Below, piece by piece: positions 1 to 9,290 of a stretch of DNA of 64,000 bases (position 1 is the stretch's first letter; each line of letters opens with the position of its first letter). Under the pieces are notes generated by a model that worked only from the letters and a program-made list of their open reading frames with translations, was not told where the DNA came from and ran no database searches. The position numbers and the translations under genes were made by a program. Origin of the DNA: Anaerolineales bacterium (GTDB taxonomy: Bacteria; Chloroflexota; Anaerolineae; Anaerolineales; UBA11858); assembly GCA_016785015.1 (NCBI GenBank), contig JADHTJ010000003.1, forward strand, positions 24,979-88,978, read 5' to 3'.

Positions 1-1
1 C

Positions 2-3000
2 AATGCTCTGCAAAACGCCAACTTGTTCAACCAAACCCAGCAAAACGCGTCAGAATTATCGATCCTGAATGATATGAGCCTGGAGCTCAGCCACCAGTTA
101 GATGTAAATGAAATCATCAATACCGTCTATCAATATACATCGCAGTTGATGGATACCACCTATTTCTTTGTGGCGCTATATGACTCCGACACTGAATTGA
201 TTTCTTTCCCATTAGTGGTTGAGAATAATGAAACCAGCCAAATTCCCGCCATGCAAAAACGCAAGGGCTTGACCCAACATGTCATCGACAGTAAAGAGCC
301 CTTATTGATTTATGAAAACGTCGAGCAGGTCATCAAGGATCTTGGGCTGGAGGAAATTGTTGTCGGCGAACCTGCCAGTTCCTGGTTGGGCGTGCCCCTG
401 TTAATCGGTGATGAAGTGCTCGGTGTAATCGCCACGCAGAATGCCACCCGGCCCCGAGTATTCAACAATCATCACCAGGACCTGATGATATTGGTAGCGA
501 GACAATCGGCAATTGCTCTCCAGAATGCTCAGTTATTTGCCCAAACACAAGACCAATTATCTGACCTTTCCACCATTCAAGAAACCACCGCTAGCCTTAG
601 TGCCGCGCTGACTCTCGACGGTGTGGTCAACACTCTCCTGTCATACCTGACATCCGCCATTCAAGCAGATTCTGCAAGCGTATTCTCCATTGATGGAGAT
701 AAATTAGTACGCATGGGTGTATACCCTAAGAGTGAAAACTCTCCTGCCATAGGCGATGCTATTCTACTGGCAGATTACCCCCTGACACAGCATGTGATCG
801 AAATGCAAGAACCCTTGGCAGTTTCTGGAGATGATCCAAAACTTCAGGAACACGCCCGGGAAGCGTTCAAAGCAGCCGGGATTGCTGCAAATGCGACCAT
901 CCCCATTGTTGGCCCTGAAGGTGTCTTGGGAACGATTTCAGTCAGCCGCAACCACCCCGGCGAGATTTTTGTTGAGAGCGAGCTCAACTTGATGTCCACA
1001 TTGGCTAACCAGGCTGCGGTGGCTATCCTCAATGCCCGTTCTTACGAGCTCGTTCAACAAACCGCTGAAGATATGTCATTGCTCTTCGATGTCAGCCGGG
1101 AGATCACCAACGCGCCGCTAGAAGTAGAAGACCTGGCCAGGGTCGTGTCGCAAAAAATCTTGGAAGTGTTCGAAATTGAAAACTGCTCCATTTCCTTACT
1201 CGATTCCAGTGGAAAAACCTTAAAACTGGTCGCCGATGAATTTGCTCCGCAGAGTGATCGTTTAGAAAAATACGACCCAGAAGTATGGAAGGAATATGCT
1301 CTGGCTGATTACCCAGCAACCGCTCGCGTGATCAAAACCCTGCAGCCAGCGATTATGCAAATCAATGATCCCGATACCGATCCTGCAGAATTGGCCTATA
1401 TGAAAGAATATAGTGTCACCACCCTGGCCATCTTGCCTCTCATAGCTAAAGGCGAGGCCATCGGAGTGCTCGAGTTGGATAGCGGCAATGAGCAGCACCA
1501 GTATAATCAAGATGAGATCAACCTGGCCATGACCTTAGCCAACCAGGCTGCCATAGCGCTTGATAATGCCCGTTCCTACCAACGCATCCAGCAGGCTGCG
1601 AATGAAATGTCCATTCTCTTCGATGTCAGCCGGGCCATCTCAGGTGCACCGGTTGGCGTTACCGAAATCGCCGAGGTGGTTGCCAGAAATTTTGTAGGTG
1701 TCCTCAATATTCCAGAGTGTTCGATATCCTTACACAATCCTGAAAACAATACTCTGGAAATGATAATTGATCTTTATGCCGAGAGCGATCAGAGAGAGAT
1801 ATTAAGGGAAGATCAAATTGGGAGCATAGAATCGTTAGAACAGTACCCAGCCACTGCTCGAGTGATGAGAGCGCTCCAACCTATGGTAATTCACGCCAGT
1901 GACCCTGATGCTGACCCTGCAGAACTGGCTTATATGAAAGAATGGGATGTATTAACACTTGCCGTGCTGCCTCTGGCAGTAAAGGGCCAGGCCATAGGAG
2001 TCATAGAATTAGAGAGTTTTGAAGAAGAAAACCAGTATACAGAATCTGAGTTGAACCTGGCTATGCTACTCGCTAATCAGGCAGCCACTGCCCTGGACAA
2101 CGCCCTTCTCTATGAAGAGCAACGTAAGATCACCGAACAGCTTCGAGAGTTAGACTCACTGAAATCACAATTTTTGGCCAATATGTCTCATGAACTGCGC
2201 ACACCGCTAAACTCCATCATCGGCTTCTCGCGCGTGATTATGAAGGGTATTGATGGCCCTGTAACTGAACTGCAAACGCAAGATCTCTCGGCGATTTATA
2301 ACGCCGGGCAGCACCTCTTAAATATGATCAACGACATCTTGGATATTTCAAAAATCGAAGCCGGCAAAATGGAGTTGGCTTTCGAAGACATCGAATTACC
2401 CCAAATTGTCGAAAGTGTTCTCTCTACAACACGTGGTCTGATAAAAGATAAACCCGTTGAACTTCGGACAGATATTCAGGATGGCATCCCCATCATCCAC
2501 GCAGACCCAACCCGCATTCGTCAAATTATGCTTAACCTGCTCTCGAACGCAGCAAAATTTGTAGACGAAGGTAGTATCACAGTTGCTGTAACTGAACAAA
2601 TTGGGAACAGTGGACGCCCTGAGGTAAGAATAGCCGTAATCGACACAGGCGTTGGTATCGCCCACGAAGATCAACAAGACCTCTTTGAACCTTTCACGCA
2701 AGTAGATGGCTCCGCCACGCGTTCGACAGGTGGTACTGGCCTAGGTCTTTCGATCTCCCGCCTGCTGGTTGATCTGCATGATGGTAAGATTGGCGTTGAT
2801 AGTACCCCGGGAGAAGGAAGTACTTTCTATTTCACAATTCCCATTTTGCCAGAAGAAAAATTAACTATTTTGTCCATTGATGGTGATCCTCAAGTTACAG
2901 ATCTCTATCAACGCTATCTGGAGGATACAAAATATCAGATCGTTTCTGTTCTCCTTCCAAACGACGCCTTAAAAATGGCGCTTGAACTACGACCATTTGC

Positions 3001-3226
3001 GATTACACTGGACACAAATCTACCTGAACATGATGGCTGGGAAATTCTACAGACGCTTCAAAATGACCTCGATGTACAAGATATTCCCATTGTGGTATGC
3101 AGCTTGTTGGATGTCGAAAAGAAAGCTATGGATGCTGGCGCGGCTGGATACCTCCCTAAACCAATCTTAAAGGATGATTTGATCAAGGCGTTGAATAACA
3201 TATTTACGGAAGCAGAAATAGAATAA
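2..3226 (+). CDS. Hybrid sensor histidine kinase: tandem GAF modules - HisKA - HATPase_c - C-terminal receiver; 5' end cut by window edge
   Basis: The frame is open from nt 2 (NALQNANLF..., the motif that closes each GAF module further down), so the listed start at 23 (a TTG) is internal. H-box FLANMSHELRTPLNSIIGFS; G-box GTGLGLSISRLL; receiver-like tail with SIDGD...LDTNLPEHDG. An internal ~190-aa module occurs twice (YPATARV...DPAELAYMKE...). Confidence 0.85.
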   Translation, partial: NALQNANLFNQTQQNASELSILNDMSLELSHQLDVNEIINTVYQYTSQLMDTTYFFVALYDSDTELISFPLVVENNETSQIPAMQKRKGLTQHVIDSKEPLLIYENVEQVIKDLGLEEIVVGEPASSWLGVPLLIGDEVLGVIATQNATRPRVFNNHHQDLMILVARQSAIALQNAQLFAQTQDQLSDLSTIQETTASLSAALTLDGVVNTLLSYLTSAIQADSASVFSIDGDKLVRMGVYPKSENSPAIGDAILLADYPLTQHVIEMQEPLAVSGDDPKLQEHAREAFKAAGIAANATIPIVGPEGVLGTISVSRNHPGEIFVESELNLMSTLANQAAVAILNARSYELVQQTAEDMSLLFDVSREITNAPLEVEDLARVVSQKILEVFEIENCSISLLDSSGKTLKLVADEFAPQSDRLEKYDPEVWKEYALADYPATARVIKTLQPAIMQINDPDTDPAELAYMKEYSVTTLAILPLIAKGEAIGVLELDSGNEQHQYNQDEINLAMTLANQAAIALDNARSYQRIQQAANEMSILFDVSRAISGAPVGVTEIAEVVARNFVGVLNIPECSISLHNPENNTLEMIIDLYAESDQREILREDQIGSIESLEQYPATARVMRALQPMVIHASDPDADPAELAYMKEWDVLTLAVLPLAVKGQAIGVIELESFEEENQYTESELNLAMLLANQAATALDNALLYEEQRKITEQLRELDSLKSQFLANMSHELRTPLNSIIGFSRVIMKGIDGPVTELQTQDLSAIYNAGQHLLNMINDILDISKIEAGKMELAFEDIELPQIVESVLSTTRGLIKDKPVELRTDIQDGIPIIHADPTRIRQIMLNLLSNAAKFVDEGSITVAVTEQIGNSGRPEVRIAVIDTGVGIAHEDQQDLFEPFTQVDGSATRSTGGTGLGLSISRLLVDLHDGKIGVDSTPGEGSTFYFTIPILPEEKLTILSIDGDPQVTDLYQRYLEDTKYQIVSVLLPNDALKMALELRPFAITLDTNLPEHDGWEILQTLQNDLDVQDIPIVVCSLLDVEKKAMDAGAAGYLPKPILKDDLIKALNNIFTEAEIE

Positions 3227-3234
3227 AAATACAG

Positions 3235-3255
3235 CGCCCCTCTCGGGGGTGTTTT
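3235..3255 (+). terminator. Rho-independent terminator after the histidine kinase
   Basis: CGCCCC-TCTC-GGGGGTG hairpin followed by TTTT, 9 nt after the stop codon. Confidence 0.6.
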
Positions 3256-3291
3256 GCACAAATCAATAATCTATATCATAGGAGTAATCAA

Positions 3292-4986
3292 TTGTATTCA
3301 CACGTTATTGCCGAATGCTTAGATTGTGGGCATCAAGGCACTTATTCACCTAAAGATTCCATCTGCCCCAGTTGTGGTGGTGGATGGCGAGAAGCACGCT
3401 ACGATTACAAGAGTATTGGCAAAAAGTTCCTCAAAGAGCTTCATGCCCGACCTTTCAATATCTGGCGTTACTACGATGCATTACCAATTCAAGACCCACA
3501 CCCAGTGATCAGCATGGGCGAAGGCGGCACTCCCTTGCTCAAGGCTGCTACCCTGGGAACACTGTTAGGGATTCCGAATCTCTATATCAAGGACGAACGC
3601 CAAAACCCAACTGGCTCATTTAAAGATCGCCAGGCATCGATCACGGTCACATCACTTAAAGAAGCAGGCATCACTGAAACCATACTCGCTTCCACTGGAA
3701 ATGTGGCCATTTCATACTCAGCATATACAGCTCGAGCTGGCATCAAGCTCTGGGCGTTCTTGAACAGTCTGGTTCCCTCCGAGAAAATGCGCGAAGTGGC
3801 CATCTACGGCACCCAGGTGATCAAGGTAACCGCATCGTACGACCAGACAAAGAAATTAGCCGCAGAATTCGCCGAGCAGCGCCCGCAGGGTTCATATTTG
3901 GATCGTGGGGTACGCTCGATCCCAGCGCTCGAAGCTATGAAAACCATCGCTTTCGAAATCAGCGAACAACTGACCTCGGCGTTGGCTGCCGAACCCAATG
4001 ATTCAACTGCTCCCTGGCGCGTCCCAGACTGGTATATCCAAGCGGTAAGTGGTGGTCTTGGCCCCGTTGGTGTGATCAAAGGCTTCAACGAATTAATTGA
4101 GATGGGCCTGACAGATCGACTCCCCGCAGCAGCCAGCATTCAAACCGAGGGCTGCGCTCCCATGGTTCACGCCTGGAAAGATGGTAAAGCTGTCGCCGAC
4201 CCTATCACTTCCCCACGCACACATATTGCCACATTGGCAACTGGAGATCCAGGCCACACCTACACCATTCTCCGTGAACGCATGTTAAAAGGCGGCGGAG
4301 GCACTTTCGAAAGCGTCACTGACGATGAAGCCTTTAGAGCTATTCATGTGCTGGCAAAGATGGAAGGGCTCTCCATGGAGCCAGCATCTGCCGTTGCCTT
4401 TGCCGGGTTGATCAAGATGGTACGTTCTGGACAGATCAAACGAGATGAAGTCGTCGTTGTCAATATGACAGGTCATACCATGCCTGTAGAGAAGATCATC
4501 TTAGGGGAGGGTAAGGTTCAAGATGTCGAAATACCAGAGAATCTTCCGGAAGAAAAACCCGAAGAGGGATTGCTCTCCGCACTCAGTAGGATCACCCCCA
4601 AACGTTATTCGAGTGTGGCAATTGTAGATGACCATCCTCACGCCAGGCGTCTGATCCGCAGGATTCTGCAATCCCAGGGAGAATATACGATCTTCGAAGC
4701 AGAAAATGGCCGGGAAGCAGTAGAATTAGCACAAAAAGAAGAACTAGACGTCATGGTTCTAGATCTGATGATGCCAGAGATGGATGGTTTCTCTGTGCTG
4801 GATGCTCTGAAAGCCAATGAAAAGACCGCTTCGATCGCGGTCATCGTTGTAACGGCAAAAACCCTCACAACCGACGAAAAAGCCCGCTTGAGAGGTCGCA
4901 TCCACACGCTTATGATGAAGGGCGAATTCCTTGACGATGAACTGGTCGACGAAATCGACACCTTGCTAAAAAACGGATCGAATTAG
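3292..4986 (+). CDS. Threonine synthase-like PLP enzyme fused to a C-terminal CheY-like receiver domain
   Basis: TTG start 7 nt after GGAG (3281-3284). N-terminal Cys4 zinc ribbon (CLDCGH...CPSCGG). PLP-lysine motif NPTGSFKDRQ and LYIKDERQNP are typical of ThrC. The last ~125 aa form a receiver (VAIVDDHP...VLDLMMPEMDG...VVTAK). Confidence 0.75.
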   Translation: MYSHVIAECLDCGHQGTYSPKDSICPSCGGGWREARYDYKSIGKKFLKELHARPFNIWRYYDALPIQDPHPVISMGEGGTPLLKAATLGTLLGIPNLYIKDERQNPTGSFKDRQASITVTSLKEAGITETILASTGNVAISYSAYTARAGIKLWAFLNSLVPSEKMREVAIYGTQVIKVTASYDQTKKLAAEFAEQRPQGSYLDRGVRSIPALEAMKTIAFEISEQLTSALAAEPNDSTAPWRVPDWYIQAVSGGLGPVGVIKGFNELIEMGLTDRLPAAASIQTEGCAPMVHAWKDGKAVADPITSPRTHIATLATGDPGHTYTILRERMLKGGGGTFESVTDDEAFRAIHVLAKMEGLSMEPASAVAFAGLIKMVRSGQIKRDEVVVVNMTGHTMPVEKIILGEGKVQDVEIPENLPEEKPEEGLLSALSRITPKRYSSVAIVDDHPHARRLIRRILQSQGEYTIFEAENGREAVELAQKEELDVMVLDLMMPEMDGFSVLDALKANEKTASIAVIVVTAKTLTTDEKARLRGRIHTLMMKGEFLDDELVDEIDTLLKNGSN

Positions 4987-4993
4987 ACATGCA

Positions 4994-5944
4994 ATGGCAA
5001 CCCTACGTACAAAAGGTATCACTGCAGCGCTGACCTCAGCTGTCTTTTTGGGAATGGCACCCGTATTTGGACGGCGTGCTATTCTCTTAGGTGCTGCGCC
5101 TCTTACCGTGGTTGCCATTCGTACCGTTTTAGCAGCTCTATTTTTGTTGTCCCTCATAATAATTTTCAGACGACAATACTTGTACATTTATCCGGCAGGA
5201 TTGCTAGGTTGTTTATTAGCCGGTGCTATCAACGGCCTGGGATCTCTTTTTTACTACAGTGCCTTGGGCCGGATCGAAGCGGGCGTAGGCCAACTTCTGT
5301 ATTCGTTATACCCCTTATTCGTAGCACTTTGGCTATTCTTGGATAAGCAGCCCCCCAGCCGTCTGACCGTGATCCGTTTGGGGCTGACAATCCCCGCCGT
5401 TTATCTGCTCACCCAAACGGGCGCGAAAGCGATCGACCCCATCGGTGTGATCCAAATGTTGATCGGCGCGGCTCTTTATGCGTTGCATTTACCAATCAAT
5501 CAACGTGTACTCTATGACATGCCAGCACCAACAGTCACAGTCTACACTTTGTTGGCAATGAGCGTTGTCGTACTCCCAACCTTATTCTTTGCCCCCAATA
5601 ATGTCATTCCAACAGAAATGATCGTCTGGTGGCCAATGCTTGGTCTGACTTTCGTAACCTTCTTATCACGCCTAACCCTCTTTCTAGGTGTGAAGCATAT
5701 CGGTGGAATGCAAACGGCAATTCTAGGATTGAGTGAAGTGCTAATTACCATTACCCTGGCTCAAGTATGGTTGGGGGAACAAATGAGCCTATGGCAATGG
5801 TTTGGCACGATTTTGCTTTGTCTAAGTTTAGCTTTGGTTGGGGTAGATAAATCCCCCCCGAAAAAAGGTTCTCCGGGGGGGTGGTTAAGCTGGCTAAGTC
5901 ACCCGACGATTTCTAGTGAGTTACCATGGAATCCGCATGAGTGA
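4994..5944 (+). CDS. EamA/DMT-family transporter
   Basis: 316 aa with about 10 hydrophobic spans arranged as two similar halves, as in the drug/metabolite transporter superfamily. Confidence 0.65.
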   Translation: MATLRTKGITAALTSAVFLGMAPVFGRRAILLGAAPLTVVAIRTVLAALFLLSLIIIFRRQYLYIYPAGLLGCLLAGAINGLGSLFYYSALGRIEAGVGQLLYSLYPLFVALWLFLDKQPPSRLTVIRLGLTIPAVYLLTQTGAKAIDPIGVIQMLIGAALYALHLPINQRVLYDMPAPTVTVYTLLAMSVVVLPTLFFAPNNVIPTEMIVWWPMLGLTFVTFLSRLTLFLGVKHIGGMQTAILGLSEVLITITLAQVWLGEQMSLWQWFGTILLCLSLALVGVDKSPPKKGSPGGWLSWLSHPTISSELPWNPHE

Positions 5945-5949
5945 TTATT

Positions 5950-6735
5950 TTATTCGGGGACTTCGGCATCAAAAACGTATCCAATCCCTCTGACACTCGA
6001 GATCCATTTTTCACCTTGGGGGAACGAAGAGAGCTTTCGGCGCAGTCGGCTGATAAGCGGGCGCAGAACTTCTGGAGCCTCCCATTCTGGCACATCGTAT
6101 CCTTGTACCAAAAATACCAAATTACTGTGGGACATCACGCGTCCCCAGTTCGTCACGAAGATTTCTAAAAGCTTTCCTTCTGTAGGAGTCAATCGCTCTC
6201 TTGCTGAACCACGCCAAATTTCGCGACGAGCTAAATCAAGGCTTACTCTTTCAGGTAATGGGACAACCTGTCGTTTAGGTTTGGGCAAAGATGTAATTCC
6301 TTCGGCATCTTTCAGTTGCACAACCGAATCTTCTATCTGGCCTAATATCATTCGTTTGCGCTTAATTTCATCTCGATGAGCCAACCCGCTAGCTACACTG
6401 CTGAGCACATCTTGCCTTCTAGGCGGTTTAATCAGGTAATCATGAACATCGTGTCTCAGTGCCTCGATTGCAGTATCCATTGAACCGTGCCCAGTCAGCA
6501 TCACAATCTGGGTATCTGGTGAGATCTCTGCCGCTTTCTTCATTACTTCCACACCATCCATCTCCGGCATGCGAATATCCAACAGCATCAGATCAATTTC
6601 TTCTGAAGCAAGCTTTCTTATGGCATCTTCCCCATTTGGAACAGATACAACAGTGTAGTTTTCATAAGCCAAAATTTCCGTTAAGGCATTTCGAATTGCT
6701 TCTTCATCATCAACAACAAGTATTCTTGCACTCAT
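5950..6735 (-). CDS. Two-component response regulator, OmpR/PhoB-type winged-helix output
   Basis: Receiver ILVVDDEE...LLDIRMPEMDG...LIKP. C-terminal Trans_reg_C-like LTPTEGKLLEIF...VRGIGYVF. AGAGG Shine-Dalgarno sequence upstream of the ATG. Confidence 0.85.
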   Translation of the reverse strand: MSARILVVDDEEAIRNALTEILAYENYTVVSVPNGEDAIRKLASEEIDLMLLDIRMPEMDGVEVMKKAAEISPDTQIVMLTGHGSMDTAIEALRHDVHDYLIKPPRRQDVLSSVASGLAHRDEIKRKRMILGQIEDSVVQLKDAEGITSLPKPKRQVVPLPERVSLDLARREIWRGSARERLTPTEGKLLEIFVTNWGRVMSHSNLVFLVQGYDVPEWEAPEVLRPLISRLRRKLSSFPQGEKWISSVRGIGYVFDAEVPE

Positions 6736-6980
6736 GGTAACCTCTGATATTGCACTTTAGGAGATATTTTTAGAAACAGGGTGTCTGGATTTCTCACCAA
6801 CTCCTGTTGCGATGAATTTCACTCCATGTGCGTAAGTTCGTTTTTTATATGTAACTGATATTCTATGTTGATATTATAAATGAAACTTCACTAATTGTGG
6901 TCAAAAAAATAGTAGATATCTTTACAACACTGTTAGCTAAAAAAGATTACATCGCTCAAAGTCTGATCCGCGTAATAGAT

Positions 6981-7100
6981 CTCTAGGAATCGCCGTGGTA
7001 AGGGCCCTTGGTAAGGGGCCACATTTGGGGGTAGTAGGCGTGCTCCGCACACGCACTACCCCCAAATGTGAGGTCTCTCACGGTAATTCCCATAGAACCC
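6981..7100. repeat. Family A long imperfect palindromic intergenic element, copy 1 (~120 bp)
   Basis: CTCTAGGAATCGCCGTGGTAAGGG...ACATTTGGGGGTAG-loop-CTACCCCCAAATGT...GGTAATTCCCATAGAACCC. The ends are near-identical to those of the copy at 20331..20437. Flanked by a 9-nt direct repeat CCGCGTAAT (6968-6976 and 7099-7107). Confidence 0.8.
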
Positions 7101-7194
7101 GCGTAATGACATTAGGTCAGAATATCAATCGTGATATACTTCCCAAAATGTCGCCTTTTGAAATCAAAATTCTATTTCCAAGGAGTTCAAAAAT

Positions 7195-8112
7195 ATGAAA
7201 GACTTTCTAACCGTTGCTGACTACTCATCCGAATCATTGCAAGAAATGCTCGATTCAGCAGTCCAGCTCAAAGATGAATGGAAAAGTGGGGGCAACAGTC
7301 CGATATTTAAAAACAAAGTATTGGCAATGATCTTTCAGAAACCAAGTTTACGAACTCGCGTTTCTTTTGATATGGCCATGCGCCATTTTGGCGGTGACGC
7401 CCTCTATCTCTCACCTGCGGAGATCGGCTTGGGCAAGCGCGAATCAATTGCCGATGTTGCCCGCGTGCTTTCAGGTTATGTCGATGCAATTATGGCGCGC
7501 GTTTTCGATCACGCTCATGTTGAAGAGCTTGCTGAATGGGCCAGCATACCAGTTATCAATGGTTTGAGCGATTACAATCATCCATGCCAAGCATTGGCCG
7601 ATGCATTGACAATTTACGAAGAATACAAGGATATGAAAGGATTGAACGTCACCTACGTTGGTGATGGCAACAATGTGGCAGTTTCATTGATGCATATCTG
7701 TGCCAAACTGGGAAGTAACTTCACAATTGGCAATCCAGTAGGATACGATATGCCCGCTGAAGCCATAGAAATAGGGAAGAAATTCGCTGCAGAAAGCGGC
7801 AGCAAGATCACGTTGCTCAACGATGCGGCAGAAGCAGTCAATGATGCCGATGTAATCTACACCGATACCTGGACCAGCATGGGCAAAGAGGAAGAAACCA
7901 AGAAGCGCCAGCAGGTTTTTCCACCTTTCCAGGTCAACGATGCATTGGTGGCTGATGCCAAAGATAATGTAATCGTCATGCACTGCCTCCCCGCCCATCG
8001 TGGAGAAGAGATTACCGATCCGGTAGCAGACGGACCGCACTCCAGGTTATTCCCGCAAGCACACAACCGGCTGCATGCGCAAAAAGCCATATTAGTCAAA
8101 TTAGTCGGGTAG
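7195..8112 (+). CDS. argF: Ornithine carbamoyltransferase
   Basis: S(L)RTR carbamoyl-phosphate motif ([10 protein letters not shown]), HPCQALAD and [10 protein letters not shown] motifs; 305 aa. Confidence 0.9.
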   Translation: MKDFLTVADYSSESLQEMLDSAVQLKDEWKSGGNSPIFKNKVLAMIFQKPSLRTRVSFDMAMRHFGGDALYLSPAEIGLGKRESIADVARVLSGYVDAIMARVFDHAHVEELAEWASIPVINGLSDYNHPCQALADALTIYEEYKDMKGLNVTYVGDGNNVAVSLMHICAKLGSNFTIGNPVGYDMPAEAIEIGKKFAAESGSKITLLNDAAEAVNDADVIYTDTWTSMGKEEETKKRQQVFPPFQVNDALVADAKDNVIVMHCLPAHRGEEITDPVADGPHSRLFPQAHNRLHAQKAILVKLVG

Positions 8113-8191
8113 TCGGTTTTTGTACGAAATGGCAATGCAAAACTATTGACCTTTAGACGAAAAGACTACCAGACTTCAGATGAGGATTTAT

Positions 8192-9286
8192 ATGAACATT
8201 TGCATCCCAAAAGAACGCCGAGATTCGGAATATCGCGTTGGATTGACCCCCGCTGCCGTTCGTCTGCTCCATGACGCCGGACATACCTGCTATATCGAAC
8301 ACGAAGCCGGTTTAGGCAGCGGCTTCAGCGATTATGATTACCAACAAGCTGGTGGGCAAATCGTTTACAGCGGTGAAGAAATATATGGACGGGCAGATTT
8401 TCTCATCAAGGTTGCCCGGCCAACCCAAATCGAGTTCGATTGGATGCGCGAGGGTCAAATCGTGGCTGGATTTTTGCACCTTGCCGCGGGGCAATCTCAG
8501 AAAATCGAGATGCTCCTCGAAAAGAAAATTACTGCCATCGGCATGGAGATCATCCAAGACGAAGATGGTACTCTGCCCGTAATGACTCCTGTAAGTCAGG
8601 CTGGGGGACGAATGGTTGCTCAGGTCGCAGCAACTTTATCTCAGAACAACTTTGGGGGGAAAGGAATCCTGCTTGGTGGCGTACCAGGCGTGCCCCCCGC
8701 GGAGGTGGTCATATTAGGAGGTGGTACCGCTGGCAATGCTGCGGCGCGCAATTTCCTCGGTCTGGGTGCAGCCATTTATGTCCTCGATCGAAATCTGGAA
8801 GTATTACGCGATTTAGACCGCAGATTTGATGGCCGTGTGGTCACAATGGTATCTCACCCCTTTAATATTGCCCGAGTTTGCCGTTTTGCAGACGTATTAG
8901 TTGGGGCAGTTCTGATCCCCGGAGCGCGTGCACCAATTCTCGTCTCCCGTGAAATGGTCAAATCGATGCGGCCACGTTCGGTGATCATCGATCTCTCAAT
9001 CGATCAGGGCGGTTGTATCGAAACAAGCCGCCCTACTACTCACAGCAACCCCACTTACGTTGAAGAAGAAGTAGTCCACTATTGCGTTCCCAACATGACC
9101 GGTGTTTTAGGACGCACTGCCACCCATGCCCTGAATAACGCTTCCTGGCCTTTCATACGGCTGATCGCTGAAATTGGTTTAGAAAACGCCCTGGAGTTGA
9201 AACCCAGCCTCAAACACGGTCTGTTCACACATCAAGGTGAAATCCTACACGAGAGGTTGCAAGACTCTCTGAAAGGGAGGGTGTAG
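8192..9286 (+). CDS. ald: Alanine dehydrogenase (AlaDH/PNT family)
   Basis: MNICIPKERR...YRVGLTP N-terminus and NAD fold VVILGGGTAGNAAA. The ATG at 8192 is preceded by GAGGA (8182-8186). An in-frame ATG at 8180 is an alternative start. Confidence 0.8.
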   Translation: MNICIPKERRDSEYRVGLTPAAVRLLHDAGHTCYIEHEAGLGSGFSDYDYQQAGGQIVYSGEEIYGRADFLIKVARPTQIEFDWMREGQIVAGFLHLAAGQSQKIEMLLEKKITAIGMEIIQDEDGTLPVMTPVSQAGGRMVAQVAATLSQNNFGGKGILLGGVPGVPPAEVVILGGGTAGNAAARNFLGLGAAIYVLDRNLEVLRDLDRRFDGRVVTMVSHPFNIARVCRFADVLVGAVLIPGARAPILVSREMVKSMRPRSVIIDLSIDQGGCIETSRPTTHSNPTYVEEEVVHYCVPNMTGVLGRTATHALNNASWPFIRLIAEIGLENALELKPSLKHGLFTHQGEILHERLQDSLKGRV

Positions 9287-9290
9287 CGTT

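Noticed and set aside
6995-7198. A 67-aa ORF spanning the family A palindrome upstream of argF.
   Set aside because: It is the translation of the repeat element (GPHLGVVG...TTPKCE mirrors the palindrome). It has no Shine-Dalgarno sequence, and the second repeat copy does not preserve the frame.
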